Both the position numbers and the translations under genes were made by a program. Source: Saprospiraceae bacterium (lineage in GTDB: Bacteria > Bacteroidota > Bacteroidia > Chitinophagales > Saprospiraceae). From it: a stretch of 20,136 nucleotides of DNA. Positions 1 to 8,800 of this stretch are shown piece by piece. The stretch spans positions 1 through 20,136 of the forward strand of contig JBJHCA010000062.1 in NCBI GenBank assembly GCA_050485785.1, given 5' to 3'. Each line of letters begins with the position of its first letter. The stretch's first letter is position 1. A model generated the notes under the pieces. It worked only from the letters and a program-made list of their open reading frames with translations. It was not told the DNA's origin and ran no database searches.

Positions 1-655
1 TCCGTTTAATCTTGCTAGTATTCTGCTTGGTCTAACACCTACCCATTTTTTTAAAAACCTGCTTATTATTAACATCATCATGTTTGTAGCCACACTGGCT
101 ATGGGCGATCAGATGTTTTACTGGTTTGGCCTTTATTACCCTGCATCGGAGTATTTCAGACCATATCAGCTGGTAACGCACATGTTTATGCATGCCGGCT
201 TCGGTCACTTGTTCTTCAACATGTTTGTTCTGGCTATGCTGGGCCCCCCGGTCGAAGCCTACCTGGGTTCAAAAAGATTCCTGTTCTTCTATTTCCTTTG
301 CGGTTTCGGTGCCCTGGCATTACACATTTTTGTCAGGTACCTCGAACTGGATGCGCTGAGCCCCGGGGAATATCAAATGATCATGCAAAGCCGTGGTTCA
401 CTGATGGTAGGTGCTTCAGGTGCTATTTACGGTGTGCTGCTGGGCTTTGGCATGTTTTTTCCCAACAGCGTTCTACAGCTGATCATTCCCCCGGTTCCCA
501 TCAGAGCCAAGTATTTTGTAGCCATACTCATTGTTCTTGAGCTGTTTTTAGGGCTCAATCCAACTCCCGGAAGCAATATTGCTCACTTTGCTCATCTCGG
601 GGGAATGGTGTTTGGTTTCTTATATATCATTTTGTGGGTTCGAAGACGACACTGA
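1..655 (+). CDS. Rhomboid family intramembrane serine protease (GlpG-like), 5'-partial. The frame is open back to nt 2 with no stop, so the gene probably starts upstream of the window.
   Basis: ORF 80..655. Catalytic motifs are GASGAIYG (GxSG serine) and HFAHLGGMVFG (histidine-containing TM helix). There are several hydrophobic TM segments. The in-frame upstream translation PFNLASILLGLTPTHFF… is also hydrophobic. Confidence 0.8.
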   Translation, partial: PFNLASILLGLTPTHFFKNLLIINIIMFVATLAMGDQMFYWFGLYYPASEYFRPYQLVTHMFMHAGFGHLFFNMFVLAMLGPPVEAYLGSKRFLFFYFLCGFGALALHIFVRYLELDALSPGEYQMIMQSRGSLMVGASGAIYGVLLGFGMFFPNSVLQLIIPPVPIRAKYFVAILIVLELFLGLNPTPGSNIAHFAHLGGMVFGFLYIILWVRRRH

Positions 656-802
656 CCCTGTGTCGGTCATTGGCCTGCTTTTATGGCAGATACTCGGTCG
701 TGGCATAAATATTGCCCTATGGCCGCATTATTGATCATCACCGACTGCCTGTCAGTTTGACAGCCAGACGGCAATGTTTTAGCTACAACTATTGACAGAC
801 CT

Positions 803-810
803 ATGTTTGA
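803..810 (+). promoter_or_regulatory. Candidate Bacteroidetes sigma-A -7 box (TATGTTTG) for lon. No clean -33 TTTG at the right spacing; TTGACA lies at 791-796.
   Basis: Exact match to TAnnTTTG, 46 nt upstream of the alternative lon start at 856. Confidence 0.25.
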
Positions 811-3208
811 AGAAAGATACAGAAATTCCGGCGAAGATACTGAGGGTGAAGACTTTATGCCTATTGTTACCATTGAGGAAAACGATGAGACCAGTGCACT
901 GGATGAGATTCCGGCCATGTTGCCCCTGGTAGCGCTCAAAAATACTGTCCTGTTTCCGGGTAATGTTATCCCCATCACTATCGGCCGGGATAAATCAATT
1001 AAAGCAATTCAATATGCCTATGAGTCTACCAAACTGGTGGGTGTTCTCTCCCAAAGAGATGCCTCAATCGAAAACCCGGCCGAAGCAGACCTGTACCATG
1101 TTGGAACGGTGGCCCGTATAGTGAAGCTGCTCAAAATGCCCGACGGTAATACCACGGCTATTCTTCAGGGCCGCAGAAGATTTGAACTCAAGGGTATGCT
1201 GGGTACAGAACCCTTTTTGCAGGGTTCTGCCGAAATCCTGCAATCGCATATGCCTGAGCAAACCCTGGAGTTCGACGCCCTGATCCGGTCAATTAATGAA
1301 CTGGCCCGTGATATCATCAACCTGTCGCCCAATATTCCTTCCGAGGCCAGCCTCATGCTCGATAACATCGATAAGCCGGCTTTTCTGCTCAATTTTATTG
1401 CCTCCAATATGAGCCTTAAAATTGCCGACAAGCAAAATCTCCTTGAAATTAACGACCTGGCTGCCAAGGCTAAAGCAATCATAGCACATATGAATAACGA
1501 GCTCCAGGTGCTGAGGATAAAAGGCCAAATAGATAATAAGGTGAGGGTTGATATCGAAAAGCAGCAGCGCGACTACTTTCTCAATCAGCAACTCCGAACA
1601 ATCCAGGAAGAATTGGGCCAAAGCACACCCGAAAAAGAACTCGATGAACTGGAGAAAAAAGCCCGGGGTAAAAAATGGCCTGAACATGTTTCCAAAGCGT
1701 TCAACCGCGAAATGAAAAAAGCCCGCCGTACCAACCCGGCCATGCCGGAATACGGCGTTACGCTCACCTACCTCGAACTCTTGCTCGACCTCCCATGGGA
1801 AAAATATACCAAGGACAACTTCGATCTAAACAGAGTGGAAAAAGTGCTGGACAAAGACCATTTCGGACTGGAAAAAGTTAAAGAGCGCATTCTTGAACAC
1901 CTCGCTGTCCTCAAACTGAAAGGCGATCTGAAAGCACCGATTATTTGCCTGGCCGGCCCTCCGGGTGTGGGTAAAACAAGCCTTGGCAAGTCTGTAGCCA
2001 ATGCCCTCAACCGCAATTATATCCGCATCTCCCTGGGCGGCCTCCACGATGAATCTGAAATTCGCGGACACCGCAAAACTTACATCGGAGCTATGCCGGG
2101 CCGTATCGTGCAATCTCTGCGAAAAGCACAGTCATCCAACCCCGTGTTTATCCTCGATGAAATCGATAAGGTGGGCAAGGACTTCAGAGGTGATCCTTCT
2201 TCTGCTTTGCTCGAAGTGCTGGATCCCGAACAAAATGCTACCTTTTACGACAATTACCTGGAGCTGGAATACGACCTGTCCAAAGTATTGTTTATTGCCA
2301 CGGCCAATTCGCTCAACAGCATCCAAAGTGCTTTGCTCGACCGCATGGAGGTTATCCATATTTCCGGTTACAGCGAAGAAGAAAAGATCGAAATCGCCAA
2401 AAGGCACCTCATTCCACGCCAACGCAAAGAACACGGCCTCAAAAGCGAACAGGTCAGCATCAGAAAATCAGCTCTATCTGCACTTATCCGCGATTATACC
2501 CGCGAAAGCGGTGTGCGAGAACTGGAAAGACGAATAGCCGCTGTTATGCGCCATGTCGCGAAAAATGTTGCCATGGATGCCCCCTATCCGCGCCACATCA
2601 GCAATGACAATGTAGCCTCTATACTTGGTCCGCGCAAATACTCCCGCGATGCCTACCAGATAGCCGGCATTCCTGGCGTTACCATCGGATTGGCATGGAC
2701 ACCCGTGGGTGGCGATATCCTGTTTGTGGAAACCAGCCTCAGTAAAGGCAAAGGCAACATCACCCTCACCGGTAACCTCGGAGATGTAATGAAGGAGTCG
2801 GCCACCACCGCACTCAGCTACCTGAAAGCCCGCGCAGAAAAACTGGACATTCCAATGGACAGCTTCGACCAGCAAAACATTCATATCCACGTACCCGAAG
2901 GAGCCATCCCCAAAGACGGTCCATCTGCTGGCATTACTATGCTGGTATCCGTGGCCTCAGCTTACCTCAAAAAAAATGTAAAAGACTACCTGGCCATGAG
3001 CGGCGAAATCACTTTAAGAGGAAAAGTGCTACCAGTTGGCGGCATCAAGGAAAAAGTGCTGGCCGCAAGAAGAGCTGGGATCAGAGAGATCATTCTGTCC
3101 AAAGACAACGAAAAAGACGTCAACGAAATCAAAGCAGAATACCTAGAAGGGCTCACTTTCCACTACACAAGCAGCATGGACGAAGTGCTCAGTATTGCCC
3201 TCGCTTAA
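803..3208 (+). CDS. lon: ATP-dependent protease La (Lon), 801 aa. An alternative start at ATG 856 (MPIVTIEEND…) is plausible, because ATG 803 lies inside a TATGTTTG box that looks like a Bacteroidetes -7 element.
   Basis: Lon N-terminal substrate domain (LPLVALKNTVLFPGNVIPITIGR). Walker A is GPPGVGKTS. Proteolytic Ser motif is PKDGPSAGITM, with the Lys motif VGGIKEKV downstream. Length is typical. Confidence 0.95.
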   Translation: MFEERYRNSGEDTEGEDFMPIVTIEENDETSALDEIPAMLPLVALKNTVLFPGNVIPITIGRDKSIKAIQYAYESTKLVGVLSQRDASIENPAEADLYHVGTVARIVKLLKMPDGNTTAILQGRRRFELKGMLGTEPFLQGSAEILQSHMPEQTLEFDALIRSINELARDIINLSPNIPSEASLMLDNIDKPAFLLNFIASNMSLKIADKQNLLEINDLAAKAKAIIAHMNNELQVLRIKGQIDNKVRVDIEKQQRDYFLNQQLRTIQEELGQSTPEKELDELEKKARGKKWPEHVSKAFNREMKKARRTNPAMPEYGVTLTYLELLLDLPWEKYTKDNFDLNRVEKVLDKDHFGLEKVKERILEHLAVLKLKGDLKAPIICLAGPPGVGKTSLGKSVANALNRNYIRISLGGLHDESEIRGHRKTYIGAMPGRIVQSLRKAQSSNPVFILDEIDKVGKDFRGDPSSALLEVLDPEQNATFYDNYLELEYDLSKVLFIATANSLNSIQSALLDRMEVIHISGYSEEEKIEIAKRHLIPRQRKEHGLKSEQVSIRKSALSALIRDYTRESGVRELERRIAAVMRHVAKNVAMDAPYPRHISNDNVASILGPRKYSRDAYQIAGIPGVTIGLAWTPVGGDILFVETSLSKGKGNITLTGNLGDVMKESATTALSYLKARAEKLDIPMDSFDQQNIHIHVPEGAIPKDGPSAGITMLVSVASAYLKKNVKDYLAMSGEITLRGKVLPVGGIKEKVLAARRAGIREIILSKDNEKDVNEIKAEYLEGLTFHYTSSMDEVLSIALA

Positions 3209-3260
3209 AACGGAAAAACCATAACACTCCCGGCAATGCTCTTAGGCAATGAACAGCTCT

Positions 3261-3307
3261 TTTGTTGTGGGATTATGATGAATATCTCTTTGTTTTACCG
3301 CTCCGCG
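3261..3307. repeat. Copy A of a conserved ~40-nt intergenic motif (TTTTGTTGTGGG…ATATCTCTTTGTTTTACCGCTCCGCG), upstream of the ECF sigma gene.
   Basis: Aligns with 18891-18930 apart from a 9-nt indel. The shared blocks are TTTTGTwTGGG, ATATCTyTTTGTT and CCGCTCCGCG. Confidence 0.6.
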
Positions 3308-3413
3308 ATTGGATAATTTTTCCGTAAAAAAACTACCACAAAGTCGCACTGGCGTAATCTTTTAGACCTGCACCGGCACAGCTTTGTGTTTTTTTATAAG
3401 TACCTTTGTAATC

Positions 3414-3992
3414 ATGGAGGACAAGCTTCTGAAACATGAAAAGGATGCAATCTTTAATCGTGAGCTTCTGCCTCATCTCGATGCCCTCTATAATTTTGCC
3501 TACCACCTCAGCTACAACGAAAGCGATGCCAACGATCTGGTCCAGGAAACCTACCTGAAAGCATACCGCTCCATCGATAAATATATGCAGGGAACCAATG
3601 GCAAGGCCTGGCTCTTCAAAATTCTCAAAAATGCCTTCATCAACGAGTACCGACGTAAAAACACCCGGCCGGCCAACATCGATTATGAAGATATCATAGC
3701 CTACCAGGACAACGATGACCAGGAAGGTACCACCTACAGCGATTTGCGCGAAGAATTGTTTGAATCCATGATTGGTGATGAAGTAACCTTTGCCATCAAT
3801 ACTCTCCCTGTTGACTTTCGCTTGGTAATACTGCTGTGTGACCTGGAAGGCTTTACCTATGAAGAAATTGCACGCATAGTGGATATCCCCATCGGTACCG
3901 TAAGATCCCGGCTCCACAGAGCTCGCAATATGCTCAAGGATAAACTGAAAAGTTATGCCATAAAAATGGGATACCTGAGAAAAAAACAATAA
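3414..3992 (+). CDS. RNA polymerase ECF-type sigma-70 factor (sigma-24 family). The ORF track starts at 3384 (MCFFISTFVI…), but the hydrophobic leader is unlikely for a sigma factor, so ATG 3414 (MEDKLL…) is preferred.
   Basis: Region 2 is DANDLVQETYLKAYRSIDKY. Region 4 HTH is FRLVILLCDLEGFTYEEIARIVDIPIGTVRSRLHRARNMLKDKL. Size about 190 aa. Confidence 0.85.
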   Translation: MEDKLLKHEKDAIFNRELLPHLDALYNFAYHLSYNESDANDLVQETYLKAYRSIDKYMQGTNGKAWLFKILKNAFINEYRRKNTRPANIDYEDIIAYQDNDDQEGTTYSDLREELFESMIGDEVTFAINTLPVDFRLVILLCDLEGFTYEEIARIVDIPIGTVRSRLHRARNMLKDKLKSYAIKMGYLRKKQ

Positions 3993-4075
3993 ATGGAACA
4001 GATTCTGCTTCAATCTGGTTGTAATTGCTGAATGCCCCACAACCGTAGCAGGTGAAGTAACCTAAATTATTCTGT

Positions 4076-4303
4076 ATGAAACGCGAACCGGCTGCATACT
4101 CACCCGAACCCAATGACACCTCTTCTCAACAGAAAGTAAGTGAAGAGTCTCCTGTATGGTCGGCTATTGGACATCCCGATGAGAATTCCGGGCCGCACGA
4201 CGAACAAGCCTTCAGGCAATTCATTCAATCCAGCCTGAGCCGCAAGAAGCCTTCTCCTGCTGTTCTTCACAATATCATTAAGCAGATTCAGCGGACCTCT
4301 TGA
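4076..4303 (+). CDS. Small hypothetical protein (75 aa), Ser/Pro/Glu-rich and predicted disordered. It sits immediately downstream of the ECF sigma gene and may be a sigma-associated factor. Function unknown.
   Basis: ORF bounded by TAA at 4058-4060. No TM segment and no Cys/His zinc motif. The last 15 nt overlap the 3' end of the convergent HTTM gene. Weak support. Confidence 0.3.
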   Translation: MKREPAAYSPEPNDTSSQQKVSEESPVWSAIGHPDENSGPHDEQAFRQFIQSSLSRKKPSPAVLHNIIKQIQRTS

Positions 4304-5655
4304 CCCTGTACCTGTGTATCCGGATGCGGACTGATAATCCCGGCAGACCTGAACCACCTGAATCGCTCTGTTGAAAGATTGATTTCCGGCTCAATATACG
4401 TGGCTCTCGGTCGCCCGTTCAGGCTACAGGTAATCCGTGCGTAAACCTCCACTTCACTTTCCCATTGTTCACTGTAAGTGTCTCTCAGGTAATGCGCCAT
4501 CTGCAGAATCATATCCGGATGGGTCAACATTATCCTGTGCTGCCTCGATGTAATAATACTCCGTGGCCAAACCTTTTCCTGTTTCTCTCCTCCAGCTTCA
4601 TTCACAATAAAATATCCGCTTCCCGTTTTACTTCTCAGCATCATTCTCCATGCATACCTGTGCCCTTCCTCCGTCCAGGCTACATCTCCCGGAAAAAAAT
4701 GATGCCTCACCGGCATGTAAAAATGAAACGCCGCATAAATAGCCAGACCCGGCAATACAAGCCTGTTTATTGTTGAAGTAGACATACGACGGCTGAAGTA
4801 TTCTTCTGATACCTCATAGTGCCGCTCAAACCACCGGCCCAGCCACGGCAACTTTCTGGGAAATGACGGACTGAAAAACAAAGATGTTAACATCAGCGAT
4901 AACCACGGAAATGTACCGATATTGAAAAATATGTGATTGCTCAAATGAAATAATACAGCAGCTGCAAATGCATACAGCCTGAATCTTTTACTGAGCATGA
5001 AAAATACAATGCTAAGATCAAAAATCACCCCGCCATAGCTGATGAAATAGGCAAACCAAAGTTCCTCAATAAATGGCCCGAAAAACAATGGTTGTTTTAC
5101 GTTGGGCAGCCATATCTGCAATGGAAGCGCTTGCAACCAGTCGCTGTTTAACTTGGCAATACCGCCAAAAAAATATACTACTCCCATGCTGAAACAGAGC
5201 AAAAACAAGTGCCACCCGTACAGAACGCCGGGTTGCTCATGGCCATCGAAAAACCTTCCCTGCCGGTGAAGCGGAATAATGAAGCACAACAGACAAAGCA
5301 CGATAGTCAAATATCCATGGTTGAGATACAGGCTTTTCTCTACCAGGAAAAACCATGCATACACTGCCGTCATCAGTGTTACTCCCATGTAATACCACCT
5401 GCCCGCTGCAAACATGGCTGCACCTGCACACCCTGCCATAGTTACAAAAAGCAACATGGTATCTGATGGCATGGGCACCCAGCCAAAACCATAATACGTG
5501 AACTGAACAGGACTTGCTGCCAGGTCACTGATCACACCCGATAAATAGGTGTTCATGATGTCAGTAATCAATAAAAAGCCAAACACAACCCTGAACATGA
5601 CAAGTGACGCAGGATCAATGGGTCGTATTAAAAAATGAGTAAATTGGCGCTTCAT
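4288..5655 (-). CDS. HTTM-domain (vitamin K-dependent gamma-carboxylase-like) polytopic membrane protein, 455 aa.
   Basis: N-terminal RPIDPASLVMFRVVFGFLL motif, multiple TM helices, and the hallmark W-T-E-E-G-H-R-Y-A-W-R-M-M-L-R motif of the HTTM/VKGC family. Confidence 0.75.
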   Translation of the reverse strand: MKRQFTHFLIRPIDPASLVMFRVVFGFLLITDIMNTYLSGVISDLAASPVQFTYYGFGWVPMPSDTMLLFVTMAGCAGAAMFAAGRWYYMGVTLMTAVYAWFFLVEKSLYLNHGYLTIVLCLLCFIIPLHRQGRFFDGHEQPGVLYGWHLFLLCFSMGVVYFFGGIAKLNSDWLQALPLQIWLPNVKQPLFFGPFIEELWFAYFISYGGVIFDLSIVFFMLSKRFRLYAFAAAVLFHLSNHIFFNIGTFPWLSLMLTSLFFSPSFPRKLPWLGRWFERHYEVSEEYFSRRMSTSTINRLVLPGLAIYAAFHFYMPVRHHFFPGDVAWTEEGHRYAWRMMLRSKTGSGYFIVNEAGGEKQEKVWPRSIITSRQHRIMLTHPDMILQMAHYLRDTYSEQWESEVEVYARITCSLNGRPRATYIEPEINLSTERFRWFRSAGIISPHPDTQVQGQEVR

Positions 5656-5826
5656 ACTGCAATATTTTGCAAATTGCCGCTAAATATAGTAGCTTGCAGG
5701 AACCCGCGTATTACCTTTAAGGTTATTGTTTCGTTATTTTATCGTCATGGCAAACAATACCGTGATAAAACACAAGTTGATATACCCGGCCGGATAACCC
5801 AACACTAGAAGCGACCTGAAGCAAAT

Positions 5827-8800
5827 ATGGACAACTACAGCTCCCTGATACACAAACTCGACAGATTTATCAGAAAATACTACCTCAATCAGCTGATTAA
5901 AGGCAGTATGCTATTAGTTGCGCTCTCCGGAGCCACTTTTATTCTGATCAATATTCTGGAACACTTCTATTACTTTGAACCCGGAGTGCGCAAAGTGATG
6001 TTCAGTTCTTTTGTGGGTATCAGTTTGCTGGCCTTTGCCTGGTGGGTTTTGCTGCCACTGCTCCATTACTTCAGGCTTGGGCGTCTTATTTCTCATGAAC
6101 AAGCCGCAGAAATTATCGGCAACCACTTTGCCGATGTTAAAGACAAACTGCTCAATATTCTTCAGTTGAAGAAAATGGCAGGCGGCAGTACTGATGCTGC
6201 ACTCATTATGGCCGGTATCAATCAAAAAACGGAAGATATTAAATGGGTCCCCTTCCGACGAGCCATCAACCTCTCCGAAAATAAACGGTATTTTATTTTT
6301 GTACTCCCGCCTCTGCTCGTTCTTGGTGCTTTACTGATTTCCAGCGACTTGATTGAAAACAGTACCACAAGACTAGTGCAAAGCAATAAGCACTTTGAAA
6401 GGCCAATGCCCTTTCATTTCAATATCATCAATCAAGAAGAACTCGAGGTTATTCAATTTGGTGACTTCAAGCTCGAAGTGCAAACCACCGGGCAGTTTAT
6501 TCCTAACGATGCATATATCATTGTAGATGATTACCGCTATCGCCTTCAGCGTGACCAGCATGACAGATCCAGATTTTACTACACCTTTAAAAACGTACAG
6601 CGGGATATCCCTTTTAGATTCGAATCAGGTATTGTGCGATCTGCTCCTTCCATGTTAGAGGTGATCATGAAACCTACCATCGCAGGGTTCGCCACCAGAC
6701 TCGAATTTCCGGCATATACCGGCTTGAAGCCTGAAACACTTCGGCAAACCGGAGACCTTCAGGTTCCCGCAGGAACAAAAGTATTTTGGGATATAAAAAC
6801 TGATTTCAGTGAACAGCTCTTTGTTCGCTTCGGCCCCGAAAATGACAGTATACAATCTCTAAGCCGATCAGCACCGGATACATACACCATGAGCAAGAGG
6901 TTTCTCGCAAATGAAAGATACACGCTTTTTACTTCCAGTAAAAAACTACCCCTTGCCGACTCCGTGAGTTACAGTATTTCCGTTGTCCCCGATGAACATC
7001 CGAAAATACAGGTTGAAGAGTTTATTGACAGTATGGACAACCGGCTCCGGTTCCACATTGGCGAAGTTTCGGATGATTACGGAATTAGAAGGGTCACATT
7101 TAACTACAGTATTAATAATGAAGATCAACGGGGAGAAGTGATCACTGAACCAGTACTTTCTGCTTCCGGCAGAGCTGCAGCATTTGATTATGTGTTCAAC
7201 ATCAGAAACCTCGAACTGAAACCCGGTGATAATGTAGTATACTTTTTTGAAGTGTTTGATAATGATGGCGTTAATGGCAGCAAATCAACACGGTCGCAAA
7301 TAATGAGCTACCGGATGCCTACGCTGGAAGAGTGGAGAGAACAGGAAGAAGAAAACCAGGAGTCCATTAAGAGAAACCTGGACGAAGGGAAAAAAGAAAT
7401 TTCCGACATCCGGCAACAAACCCGGGAATACCGTGAACGCCTCCTGCAAAAGGAAGAAATCGACTGGCAGGACCGAAAGGAACTGGAACGCCTTCTTGAG
7501 CAGCGTCGCCAAATGGAAAGGAATATCCAGGAATCCAAAGACCTCTTCAGACAGAACCTCGAACAGCAAAGGGATTATGAGCAACCCCGTCCTGATATTC
7601 TCGAAAAACAGGAAAAACTGCAGGAACTCATGGAGCAATTGATGGATGATGAACTCCGAGAACTGCTCAAAAAGATGGAAGAGCTTCTTCACGAGATGAA
7701 CCGCGATGATCTGCTGGACAACCTGATGGAACTTGAACTCAACGAACAGGAACTGGTCAAAGAGCTCGACAGAATGATGGAATTGTTCAAACAACTGGAG
7801 CTTGAACACGAAATGAATAAAGCCATCGACGATCTTCAAAAATTGGCGGAAGAACAACAACAACTGTCTGAAGATACCAAATCCGGCGAACATTCCAAAG
7901 AAGAACTCATGGAACGCCAAAAGGAAATCGAACAGAAGTTTGAACAGATTCAGGAAAGGCTTGACAACATTGAACAAAAGAATCAGGAACTCGAAAGTCC
8001 CCATAATCTGGGTAATCTGAATGAACAATCAGATGGTGTTATGGAAGATATGCAACAGGGCATGCAACAACTCCAGCAAAACAACCAGGACGGGGCTTCT
8101 GAAAAGCAACAGGATGCATCTGATAAAATGAAAGATATGGCTCAGAATATGAGCAACATGATGCAGGCTTCATCCATGGCTCAAATGATGGAAGACATGG
8201 AATCGCTGCGTCAGATCCTCGACAATCTCATCAGGCTTTCTTTCGATCAGGAAGATATAATGGAGGACATCAAAGTAACCACTATCAATACTCCTGAATA
8301 CGTTCGCCTCGTCAGGGAACAGTTCCGTCTTAAAGATGACTTCAGAATAGTGGAAGACAGTCTGCACGCTCTGAGTAAAAGAGTGTTTCAGATTGAATCA
8401 TTCATCAATGACAAAGTAACCGATGTTAAACGCAATTTTGATCAGGCCATATATCAGCTCGAAGAAAGGGTTGTGAATCGCGGTACCGGACATCAGCATG
8501 CTGCCATGACGGCATTGAACGATCTCGCACTCATGTTAAGTGAGGTGATGCAGCAAATGCAGCAACAAATGGCAGGAAATATGAGTGGCGATCAGATGTG
8601 CCAAAGCCCAGGAGGCCAGGGAGGCGGTAACCCCCGTCCAAATCTTGGACAAATGCAGCAACAGCTTAATCAGCAATTGCAGCAAATGCAACAAGGCCAA
8701 TCTCCCGGAGGGCAGGATGGAATGAGTAGACAATTTGCCGAAATGGCCCGAAGACAGGCCGCAATCCGAAGGGCACTGGAACAGCTACAACAAGAGAAGA

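Noticed and set aside
298-540. 80-aa alternate-frame ORF inside the rhomboid gene. The same applies to 2001-2537, 1064-2113 and 2132-2890 inside lon, and to 3333-4040 opposite the sigma factor gene.
   Set aside because: Each is embedded in a gene with clear family motifs, has no motifs of its own, and has Cys/Arg/Ser-rich composition. They are spurious.
667-978. 103-aa minus-strand ORF spanning the rhomboid-lon intergenic region and the lon start
   Set aside because: It overlaps the lon N-terminus and the promoter region, has no signal of function, and is more likely non-coding regulatory DNA (see the palindrome finding).
5656-5826. Partial inverted repeat TTATCGTCATGG…CCGTGATAA in the divergent HTTM / giant-protein intergenic region
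   Set aside because: The arms match at only about 7 of 12 positions. It could be an operator but is not distinguishable from chance by eye.
7285-8028. 247-aa ORF on the minus strand (plus further minus/plus ORFs at 7308-7538, 7433-7642, 8536-8733, 8829-9126) inside the giant coiled-coil gene
   Set aside because: Antisense and alternate-frame artefacts of the GAA/CAG/AAA-rich coiled-coil coding sequence. They translate to F/L/S-rich nonsense and lie fully inside a far longer, motif-bearing ORF.
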